Source: Bacteroidales bacterium
Lineage (GTDB): Bacteria; Bacteroidota; Bacteroidia; Bacteroidales; DTGW01
DNA: 64,000 bases
Assembly (NCBI GenBank): GCA_035374585.1
Contig: DAOSPF010000004.1
Span: 5,866-69,865 of the forward strand
Direction: 5' to 3'
Below, piece by piece: positions 46,467 to 54,376 of the stretch (position 1 is its first letter; every line of letters begins with the position of its first letter). The position numbers and the translations under genes were made by a program. Under the pieces are notes generated by a model. The model made no database searches, was not told the DNA's origin, and saw nothing but the letters and a program-made list of their open reading frames with translations.

Positions 46467-46751
46467 TGCTGATACTAAAAACACTATGCAAATTACAATG
46501 TCGTTTATTATGACAACATTTTCAATGATAATTGTCAAGGATTTGTTGTTAACTTAAAGTGTTATTGAAATACAAAGGAATTTTTCTGTTAAAGGTTTCG
46601 CTGTTTTCATTGCATCGTTATTGCCTTGAATTTTTGTAATTTTTGCTTCAGGATAAAAGTTTGCAATGCTAATACCTATGCATTCTTTTAATGCTTTTAA
46701 TGTCGAACTGACGTTAATCTTATGACGAATTCCGTTTTAATTTTATTGAAT

Positions 46752-48443
46752 TTATTGTTTACATCTTTCTCGCATGGTGTCTATCCAGGCTATTTCTTGG
46801 TCAAGTTTAATTTTTTTCATTAATCTTTCCAACTGATTATAATCTTCTATAAATAACCTTTGAGGCTGTCTTTTGAACTGATAAAAAAGCTTTTTAGCTT
46901 TTTCATAGTCATGATCTAAAACGGCTCTTTGTATATGGGCTATTTCAACATAATCATAGTGCATTACAAATGTTTTCTCAGCATTTATATTGATAAACTC
47001 GGGATAATTAACAACTTGTCTGAATTTTCGGGCTTTTTCGACTAAAACTGGAGCTGACGAGTTTCCATTTTCATCAATATGAGTAAGAAACAAATCTGTA
47101 TAAACGCTCATACCTTTTGATACAAATGCAATCCAATGTCCATTAGGCGACCATGCATGCCATGAGTTCATCAGCGGCAAATTACAACTTAATTCTTTAG
47201 CAGTCCCCCCGGCTGTTGGTACTATATACAATTTGCTGTCGGGCTGTAACAGCATGAAATTTTCGGCCTGGCAAAATACTATCCATTTCCCATCAGGAGA
47301 AATAGCTGGGAAATAATTGCTTTTACCATTATTTGAGGCCCCTTTTATTGGCAGGGCTGTTCCTCCTTTGCCCTCGTTAAACGGAATAATGCAAATGTCG
47401 TATTGTAACCTTCTTTTTCGTTGTACATATTCGTCAATAACAGCTTCTTCAGTGATGTTTATTTCTAATGAATCTATACGTTCTACTGCCTTTGCGCGAC
47501 AAAAAATAATATTTTTCCCATCGGGAGTCCAGATTGCATTTGTATGAACATACTTTTCGTCATTAGCCCCGTTAAGCTCGCATATTTTACCTGTTTGTCT
47601 GTCATACACTGCCAATAAACCGTTTACAGCAAAAAAAAGTTGTGAAAAAGCCAAATTTTCGGGTTCAAATGGGAAATTTTTGTGTATAACCCGGTCTTTT
47701 ACAGTTGTAACAATATATCGCCCATCTGGAGAAAGTTTTGAAAATAAACCGAAAGTTTTTCTATTCTCAATTTGAGTCCATGACATGTAATTGTTAGTGT
47801 TGAAATATATTGTATCATTAACCGGGGCTACAAAATATCCGCCTTTATCTCGCAAGCCGGCATCTAAATCTAATCCAATATATTTCCCTTTATCGCTAAA
47901 CGAATGACAATTGCCACATACTGTAAATCCTTTCATGGCTATATGAGGAGGTTCTTTTGATCCAATATTGATTAAGGAATAGTTCATTGAGTCAAGGTTT
48001 TCTTCGGCCAAAACAAAGGGTATAGGCATTTGCCTGTACAAAATTGGGGCGCCAACCGAATCTTTACTAATGTCAAAAACGAGCGAAGCTTTTCCGTATT
48101 TATCCAGTGGTTTAATTATCAATTGTACTTCACTGCCTTTACTTTCCTTTTTTATGTTCTCCCAAACAGGTTCTGAAAGTTTTAAAACTGTTGTACTGAC
48201 AATGGTATCAACTAATAGCTTACTGTCGGATTTTACAGAAAAAGACCATTTGCCGGTATAACTGCCACGGTATTTCCATTCAAAGGTAGGAGATGGGAAC
48301 TCAGGAGGAAAAACAGCCTGATTAAACGGGTATTTTATGATGATTTTTTTGTCCTGATTTTTTTTAATAATAAAAAAAATAAATGCTAAGAATAAGCCTA
48401 TAGCCAAAACGTTTAGCAATACTCTATTTTGAAAGATTTTCAT
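46752..48443 (-). CDS. Membrane-anchored protein: conserved N-module + single CxxCH + TolB/PD40-like beta-propeller (paralogue A)
   Basis: 563 aa. N-terminal TM anchor VLLNVLAIGLFLAFIFFII, then FPPEFPSPTFEWK. CGNCH occupies codons 176-180 (nt 47904-47918). PD40-type repeats are present (LSPDGRYIV, WTPDGKNIIF, ISPDGKWIVF, WSPNGHWIAF). Paralogous to 48574-51324. Confidence 0.6.
   Translation of the reverse strand: MKIFQNRVLLNVLAIGLFLAFIFFIIKKNQDKKIIIKYPFNQAVFPPEFPSPTFEWKYRGSYTGKWSFSVKSDSKLLVDTIVSTTVLKLSEPVWENIKKESKGSEVQLIIKPLDKYGKASLVFDISKDSVGAPILYRQMPIPFVLAEENLDSMNYSLINIGSKEPPHIAMKGFTVCGNCHSFSDKGKYIGLDLDAGLRDKGGYFVAPVNDTIYFNTNNYMSWTQIENRKTFGLFSKLSPDGRYIVTTVKDRVIHKNFPFEPENLAFSQLFFAVNGLLAVYDRQTGKICELNGANDEKYVHTNAIWTPDGKNIIFCRAKAVERIDSLEINITEEAVIDEYVQRKRRLQYDICIIPFNEGKGGTALPIKGASNNGKSNYFPAISPDGKWIVFCQAENFMLLQPDSKLYIVPTAGGTAKELSCNLPLMNSWHAWSPNGHWIAFVSKGMSVYTDLFLTHIDENGNSSAPVLVEKARKFRQVVNYPEFININAEKTFVMHYDYVEIAHIQRAVLDHDYEKAKKLFYQFKRQPQRLFIEDYNQLERLMKKIKLDQEIAWIDTMRERCKQ
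47050..47343 (-). repeat. Arm 1 of an inverted nucleotide repeat shared by the two CxxCH/propeller paralogues
   Basis: By-eye alignment of the reverse complement against 49706-50000. The longest perfect run is 26 nt (47311-47336 = 49714-49739, TCAAATAATGGTAAAAGCAATTATTT). Three further 15-nt runs match exactly (GCCGAAAATTTCATG, GTTACAGCCCGACAG, ACTCATATTGATGAA). Confidence 0.7.
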
Positions 48444-48573
48444 ACTTCATAGTTTAGCCGTAAAGTAATAAAATTATCTTGGTACGAACAATCAACAGAA
48501 GTAAAAATTAGCTAATAATTAAATAAAAGTTAAAATTTCATACTATTTTCGGCAATTATAAAAGTGCAAAAGT

Positions 48574-51324
48574 ATGTGCAAAAGATTATTGTGGGTTATT
48601 TTATGCTGTATGGTAATAAGCTCATGCAATAACTCGAAAATCAAAAACCAGTGCAAAGATTTTCTCATTGACAAAAGTAAAATTTCGGGGATTTCTGTAG
48701 TTTACCCTCAAGAAAACACTTTATTCCCTATAGATTTTCAAAGCCCAACGTTTGTGTGGAAAGATTCGTTTACAAACAATTCAAAATGGTATGCCTGTAT
48801 CAGTGACTCAGCCGGGAATATTTTGTTAGGTGAGTTTGTAGAAAATAATAAATGGAAACCGGATTCAACCCAATGGGAAGAATTAAAGAAAAAAAATCGT
48901 GATAATTCATTAAAGTTTGCCGTAATTGGGTTTAATGAGAATAATGAGAATGTTACGGGCAACAAACTAAAGTTTAAAATTTCGCCCGATTCAGTTGGTG
49001 CCGAGATATTTTTCAGGGCAGTAACCTTACCTTTTTCTTATGCAGTAAAGAATGTAAATACCATTGAATGGTACATGGGAAATGTCAGTGGAGGTTCACC
49101 GCGAAAAATGCTTGATAATATGCCGGTATGCGCCAATTGCCATACTTTTTCAAAAAATGGGCCAACACTGGCAATGGACGTTGATTATGGCAATGACAAG
49201 GGTTCTTATACCATTGAAAAAGCCGTAGATACGTGTTTTCTAAATCCGGAAAATATAATTTCGTGGACAAACTTTAAAAAAGAAGAAAATGACCCCACTT
49301 TTGGCTTATTGTCACAAATCTCTCCTTCTGGCGAGTATGTTTTGTCAACTGTTAAAGACCTGTCCATATTTGTTGCCATTGACGACAACCTGGCCTATTC
49401 GCAGCTATTTTTCCCTGTCAAAGGTATTATTGGCATATACAATCGTACAACAAAGCAATTTAGCGAATTGCAAGGCGCTAATGACCCAAAATTAGTTCAA
49501 AGCAACCCGGTTTGGTCCCCTGATAATAAAAAAGTATTATTTTCCCGCACAAACTCATACATCAACGAAAGGATAAGAAAATCCGGAAGGGCATTGCTTT
49601 ATGCAAAAGACGTTAAAGAGTTTACTCAAGGCCACAAACCATTTAAGTTTGATATTTATTCAGTAGATTTCAATAATGGTAAAGGTGGGCAGCCCTCACC
49701 GCTGGAAGGTGCTTCAAATAATGGTAAAAGCAATTATTTTCCTAAGTTTTCTCCTGATGGAAAGTGGGTAGTGTTTTGCCAAGCCGAAAATTTCATGTTG
49801 TTACAGCCCGACAGTAAACTTTACATTATGGAAGCCAAAGGGGGGAAGCCCCGCTTGATGAATTGCAATATGAGAAACATGAACTCATGGCATTCATGGT
49901 CGCCAAATGGGCGTTGGTTAGTGTTTTCGTCAAAAGAACAAAGTTTATATACCAGGTTGTACCTGACTCATATTGATGAAGAAGGGAATGACTCCCCTGC
50001 GGTTTTAATTGAAAACTTGGTGTTTGACAAACGAGCTGCCAATATCCCCGAATTTTATCCTGGCGATGCAAAGAAATTTGTAAAAATCAAAGACAACTTT
50101 TCAAATACTGCAGGGTATTATACGCAACTTGCCATGGACAATATAGGGAGCGAATACTACCTTAGGGCTTCTCAAAACCTTGAACGGGCCATCAACTTAG
50201 ATGCTGAATATCTTGATGCTTACATTCAGCGAATTTTACTAAATGCCTTGTTAAAACAAGCCAATTCAAAAACAGACCTGGCAGACAAGAAAAAAGCGAC
50301 AGATATTATTCAGAAATTAATAGAAAAAAACGGAGAGGACAAAGCTTTACTTATACTAAAAGCCATGATAATGTCAGCAAATGGCAATAATAAACAGGCT
50401 GAAGAAATACTCAAAAAGCTTATCACAAAAGAACCCAATTATTACAAGGCATACGAATTGTTAGCCAATATTTATAAGAAAGAAAGCAAAACAGAACTTA
50501 TTATTCCGCTTTACAATAAAATGAGTTCGCTTGTGCCGGCCAACGATTTGCAAGTGAAACTGTCGCTGGCGAAAGCCTATATCTCAACCAATCAAAACTC
50601 TCAGGCCTTAGCTTTGCTAAATACCCTGAAAAACAAATTGCCTGACAATGAAGAAATTCGTTCATTATTATGCAAAATATATGTTAATACAAAAAATTTG
50701 AGTGCTGCGACTAAAGAAATAGATTTTCTGCTTGCTGCAGACCCTGCAGACTATCAATACCTGTTTATGCGTGCAGAAATATCGCAATTACAGGGGTCGG
50801 TATATGAGGCTAATACATATCAGGAGAAAGGAAAAATGCAACTTCTTAAAAAATTGGAAGCCAATAAAGAAAATATACCATTAGCTTTTGAACAGGCGGC
50901 ATTGCTCTCTCAAGAAAAAAAGTACACTTCAGCAATAGATGTTTATAATTCTATTTTAAATGTTCTGCCTTCAAATTACCAGGCAATGAAAGAAAAAGCC
51001 AGGATAATGCTCATTACGCAGCAATGGCAGGAAGCTGTTAAGCTTTATCAACAATTGTTAAAAATATATGTTCCCGAAGAAGAATTTTACAACAACAAAG
51101 CTATAGCGCAAATAAACATGGGCAATCTTCAAGAAGCTTTATCAGAGTTTAATAATGTTTTGAATTTAAGCCCAACCAACATTGACGCTTTATATAACAG
51201 GGCAAAGCTGTTTAAAATGCTCGGAGAACCACATAAGGCTGCTAAAGATATAGATAAAATCAAAGAACTGCTAAAAGCGAAAAAAAATCTTTCGGAAAGC
51301 GAAAAAAAACTTTTAAATATCTGA
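48574..51324 (+). CDS. Lipoprotein: conserved N-module + single CxxCH + TolB/PD40-like beta-propeller + ~380-aa TPR tail (paralogue B)
   Basis: 916 aa. Lipobox …MVISSC, then FPIDFQSPTFVWK. CANCH occupies codons 186-190 (nt 49129-49143). PD40 repeats (ISPSGEYVL, WSPDNKKVLF, FSPDGKWVVF, WSPNGRWLVF). C-terminal TPR-like repeats run from ~aa 540. Confidence 0.6.
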   Translation: MCKRLLWVILCCMVISSCNNSKIKNQCKDFLIDKSKISGISVVYPQENTLFPIDFQSPTFVWKDSFTNNSKWYACISDSAGNILLGEFVENNKWKPDSTQWEELKKKNRDNSLKFAVIGFNENNENVTGNKLKFKISPDSVGAEIFFRAVTLPFSYAVKNVNTIEWYMGNVSGGSPRKMLDNMPVCANCHTFSKNGPTLAMDVDYGNDKGSYTIEKAVDTCFLNPENIISWTNFKKEENDPTFGLLSQISPSGEYVLSTVKDLSIFVAIDDNLAYSQLFFPVKGIIGIYNRTTKQFSELQGANDPKLVQSNPVWSPDNKKVLFSRTNSYINERIRKSGRALLYAKDVKEFTQGHKPFKFDIYSVDFNNGKGGQPSPLEGASNNGKSNYFPKFSPDGKWVVFCQAENFMLLQPDSKLYIMEAKGGKPRLMNCNMRNMNSWHSWSPNGRWLVFSSKEQSLYTRLYLTHIDEEGNDSPAVLIENLVFDKRAANIPEFYPGDAKKFVKIKDNFSNTAGYYTQLAMDNIGSEYYLRASQNLERAINLDAEYLDAYIQRILLNALLKQANSKTDLADKKKATDIIQKLIEKNGEDKALLILKAMIMSANGNNKQAEEILKKLITKEPNYYKAYELLANIYKKESKTELIIPLYNKMSSLVPANDLQVKLSLAKAYISTNQNSQALALLNTLKNKLPDNEEIRSLLCKIYVNTKNLSAATKEIDFLLAADPADYQYLFMRAEISQLQGSVYEANTYQEKGKMQLLKKLEANKENIPLAFEQAALLSQEKKYTSAIDVYNSILNVLPSNYQAMKEKARIMLITQQWQEAVKLYQQLLKIYVPEEEFYNNKAIAQINMGNLQEALSEFNNVLNLSPTNIDALYNRAKLFKMLGEPHKAAKDIDKIKELLKAKKNLSESEKKLLNI
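49706..50000 (+). repeat. Arm 2 of the inverted nucleotide repeat
   Basis: See arm 1. It encodes the near-identical peptide GASNNGKSNYFP.(I/F)SPDGKW(I/V)VFCQAENFMLLQPDSKLYI. Confidence 0.7.
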
Positions 51325-51367
51325 TTGGTTTTTCTTTACGTTGATGTTGTTTATACAATTAAACATC

Positions 51368-51448
51368 ATGGCAACTTCTATTTTGCCAGCTGGCATTTAT
51401 TATATTTCTTTTTTATTTAATCCATGAAGGTGCTTGGCTTTTGGTTGC
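51368..51448 (+). repeat. Copy 1 of a degenerate ~80-bp unit (mini-ORF + conserved CATGARGGYGCTTGGCTT box)
   Basis: ATG at 51368 to TGA at 51425-51427 encodes MATSILPAGIYYISFLFNP. This is followed by, and overlaps, CATGAAGGTGCTTGGCTTTTGGTTGC (51423-51448). Confidence 0.4.
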
Positions 51449-51582
51449 TCTAAAATATTGGTTATGGAAATGTCTTATATTTATTGATTTTGCTCACACA
51501 GTCCACTATCGAATAATATTTTTTCTTTTTGTCTGTTATGCAAACTTTCATCTGGATAAAATTTTAAATTGTTAATTGTCAG

Positions 51583-51659
51583 ATGGAACTCCTGGTTTGG
51601 CTATTTTATTACTATCGTGTTTATTCACTTCGTTCATGAGGGCGCTTGGCTTAGTTGCG
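51583..51659 (+). repeat. Copy 2 of the degenerate unit
   Basis: ATG at 51583 to TGA at 51637-51639 encodes MELLVWLFYYYRVYSLRS, followed by CATGAGGGCGCTTGGCTTAGTTGC (51635-51658). About 21 of 24 positions match the copy-1 box. The copies are 215 bp apart. Confidence 0.4.
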
Positions 51660-51766
51660 TTCGCAAGAACATGGCTGTTTCATTTATAGGATTATTTGAT
51701 GGCAAAAACCTTCGTCAACACTTTTCCACCATTCGTCACCAAAAATTAACTGTTTGTCCCAATTTA

Positions 51767-51774
51767 CCCCCCCC
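51767..51774. repeat. C8 homopolymer tract upstream of the 51868 gene
   Basis: Eight consecutive C at 51767-51774, 94 bp upstream of the ATG. Such runs are rare in this AT-rich sequence. Confidence 0.9.
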
Positions 51775-51867
51775 ATCAAATATTGATAGTCAATTACTTA
51801 TATTTTCAACAGCATGAATAAATTTGAATAACAAATTTTTATCCTTAACTTTATTAACTTTAAAACT

Positions 51868-52803
51868 ATGAAAATGAAAATCTTGTTTATTGTTGTTGCA
51901 TTGATTGTCATGCCTGCTATTAGTACTTATTCACAAATTAAAGTTTTGTCATCCGGGGCAGTTAACATTGGCAAAACCGGGTATGAAATGATTGTCTTTG
52001 ACTACTCTGGTTATAATGGTACCGGGCCGGTGTTGTACCCATCTGGCAGTAACAGTGCTATACAACTGGGAAAAGCAGGGAAAGGCTTCTTGTGTTTATA
52101 TACTACTACTGTATATTACCCTTCTGATGCCCGGTTGAAAGAGAATATCACTAATATTACTTCTCCGTTACAAACTTTAAAATAACTAAAAGGCGTAAAG
52201 TACGATTACAAAGCATCAATGTACATGAAAGATAGTATAAATGTTTCTGCTCCTTATAAGAAGTATATTGACAAAAGCCGGAAAGACAACTTTGGGTTTA
52301 TTGCACAAGAAGTAGAAAAGGTATTGCCACAAGTGGTTAACCACGATGATTCTACAGATCTTTATTCCATTGATTATATAAAGCTAATCCCATTGCTTGT
52401 TGAAGCTGTTAAAGACCAGCAAAGCCAGATTGACTCCCTCAAGAGTGTAATAAGTAAATCTAAAGTAAAAACCAGCATGAAGGAAGCAGTTGAGACTACT
52501 GAAGAAACAACTACTGAAGTGAACACAACCCAAACAAATAGTATTGCCACCTTAGGGCAAAATGCACCCAACCCGTTTAACCAACGAACGCAGATTAATT
52601 ATTATTTGCCCGAAACTGTTAAACAAGCTGCTTTATACATATTTGATATGAATGGACTGCAAATACGTACGATTGCTATTAATACAAAAGGCAACGGCAG
52701 CATCACCCTCCATGCCTCTGAACTAAATGCTGGCATGTACCTTTATACCCTCATTGCCGATGGCAAAGAGGTGGATACGAAACGGATGATTTTGACTAAG
52801 TAA
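51868..52803 (+). pseudogene. Peptidase-S74 (tail-fibre intramolecular chaperone) domain protein with T9SS CTD, interrupted by one in-frame TAA
   Basis: ORFs 51868-52185 and 52219-52803 are in the same frame. The TAA at 52183-52185 splits the domain …YPSDARLKENITNITSPLQTLK*LKGVKYDYKAS…NFGFIAQEVEKVLPQVV…YSIDYIKLIPLLVEAVKDQQSQIDSLK. The signal peptide is only on fragment 1. The T9SS CTD (…NAPNPFNQRTQINYYLP…GMYLYTLIADGKEVDTKRMILTK) is only on fragment 2. Confidence 0.7.
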
Positions 52804-52899
52804 AAAGGTCAAAATTTAATAATATTAATCAAAAGCATTTAAGTTGTAAATAGTGCTGGTTATCAATTAAATAAAGCCTATTTTAAATAATTACATCTT

Positions 52900-53580
52900 A
52901 TGAATAATAAATATCATCTAGTGAGAGTAATATATCTCTTGTTTATTTTACAATTGATTATTGTATCCGTTAATGCTCAAAAAAATATTGAACATGAGAT
53001 AATTAAAGTATCTGAAGCGAATTTTAAAAAATATTTAGAGAAAATTCCATATGGTCATGAAGATTATTATGGGTTTCAAAATAGAAATGAGTTTGAACAG
53101 GTTGTTGTTGGCGAGCCTTATCAGATACTTTATTTAACAAATATTGAAATGCCTGAAGATTCTATTAACTACGATAACCTTATTACTTATTCTGATAGTT
53201 GGGAGGTTCCCCTATTAGTAAATAAAGAAAAGCGTTGTTTTTTGCATGTGCAAAAAATAATAAAAGAATACAAAGTAGTTGGAATTGGCTATAATATGGT
53301 TGCTAATGAATTAAATGAAACAGAAACAAGGGCTATATTTAATAATAAGAAGGTAAATAAATCTATTCTTTATTTACCTTCAATTAAGGGAGTTTATTTG
53401 CTTAGAGATTCTCTTGGTAACAAGAATAGCAGAGATTTGAAATTTATACCATTAGGCTCAACATTAAAACATGTTCATGATATAAAAAAAGAAACATATA
53501 GTGGTGTACTGATAGAATATTCAATGAGAGATTTTATGCATGTAATAAAAGTAAAATATAACCAAATTTTAAATAGTTAG
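52900..53580 (+). CDS. Hypothetical secreted protein (first gene of low-GC islet)
   Basis: Signal peptide …LLFILQLIIVSVNAQ. 226 aa, no family recognised. Its stop lies 2 nt before the next ATG. Confidence 0.6.
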   Translation: MNNKYHLVRVIYLLFILQLIIVSVNAQKNIEHEIIKVSEANFKKYLEKIPYGHEDYYGFQNRNEFEQVVVGEPYQILYLTNIEMPEDSINYDNLITYSDSWEVPLLVNKEKRCFLHVQKIIKEYKVVGIGYNMVANELNETETRAIFNNKKVNKSILYLPSIKGVYLLRDSLGNKNSRDLKFIPLGSTLKHVHDIKKETYSGVLIEYSMRDFMHVIKVKYNQILNS

Positions 53581-53582
53581 CA

Positions 53583-54362
53583 ATGAAAACAAAATACTAT
53601 AAATATTTAGTTGTTTTATTTTTGACAGTAAGCCAAAATATAAAATGTCAAGTGCTTAACTTGCCACTATTGCCAGAAATTCAATGTAATACTTGGTGTT
53701 GGGCAATATCTTGCAGGCATATCATATATTACTATGGTAATGATAATATTACTTTATGCGAAATAGCTGAGTATGCTAGAACAAGAAACCCTAATAGATT
53801 TGGACAAACAAACTGCTGCCAAAGTATTGATAATGGTTGTTGTAATGGTAATTTTCTTAGTGGAGCAGGTGGAATGACAGAAATTTTTTCGCACTGGGGG
53901 TTAAGCCCTAATTATACATTTAGTCCTTTAACTAAAAATGAAATAACTATAGAGATTTCAAATAATCGGCCTTTTGTTATTAGATATCCAGGGCATGTTG
54001 ATATTTGTTATGGTATTGTTGCTAATGATATTTATATTAGGGATCCAGGATGGGGTTTTGATATTAGAGATTATAATACACTCATTTCTGGAACAAATAA
54101 CAATAATAAATGGACTGAGACTATTAGGATAAATGAATCACCAGTTGTATGTGATTTTGAAAAATCATTAACTGGTACTATTTCATATAGTAATATTTAT
54201 AAGGCTTCTGGGATTTATGATGTATCTTGCATTATTAATAACAATTCGATTATTACAATAAAAGCTCCTGATTCAATAACTCTTAGTCCTGGCTTTTCAA
54301 TTGAATTAGGGTCGTCATTAGAATTACAAACTGGCTCAAACTTAAATATTAATTGTCCTTAA
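53583..54362 (+). CDS. Secreted Cys-rich papain-like / C39-like cysteine peptidase-fold protein
   Basis: Signal peptide. QCNTWCWAIS provides Gln34 and Cys39 in a papain-like Q…CW arrangement. …RPFVIRYPGHVDICYGIVANDIYIRDPGWG provides a His138/Asp154 candidate pair. Unusual CCQSIDNGCC insert. The C-terminal …SITLSPGFSIELGSSLELQTGS resembles the PGF-type repeats found at Bacteroidota surface-protein termini. Confidence 0.55.
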   Translation: MKTKYYKYLVVLFLTVSQNIKCQVLNLPLLPEIQCNTWCWAISCRHIIYYYGNDNITLCEIAEYARTRNPNRFGQTNCCQSIDNGCCNGNFLSGAGGMTEIFSHWGLSPNYTFSPLTKNEITIEISNNRPFVIRYPGHVDICYGIVANDIYIRDPGWGFDIRDYNTLISGTNNNNKWTETIRINESPVVCDFEKSLTGTISYSNIYKASGIYDVSCIINNNSIITIKAPDSITLSPGFSIELGSSLELQTGSNLNINCP

Positions 54363-54376
54363 TTAAAAATAAAACT

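Noticed and set aside
46467-46751. 285-bp non-coding gap after the susD terminator, containing a 60-codon minus-strand open frame without a start codon (…STLKALKECIGISIANFYPEAKITKIQGNNDAMK…)
   Set aside because: It has no ATG/GTG/TTG start near its beginning, no ribosome-binding context and no family I recognise. It may be a gene remnant, but that cannot be supported from sequence alone.
51569-51817. 82-aa ORF in the long leader upstream of 51868
   Set aside because: There is no signal of conservation. It cuts across the repeat unit in a different frame from the unit's own mini-ORF. The conserved part of the repeat spans a stop codon in copy 1, arguing against a protein-coding explanation.
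52183-52185. Possibility that the in-frame TAA reflects an alternative genetic code or stop-codon reassignment
   Set aside because: Numerous conserved genes in the window (gldA, gldF, thyA, susC, susD, sodB and others) end at TAA at the expected protein length. TAA therefore functions as a stop in this genome.
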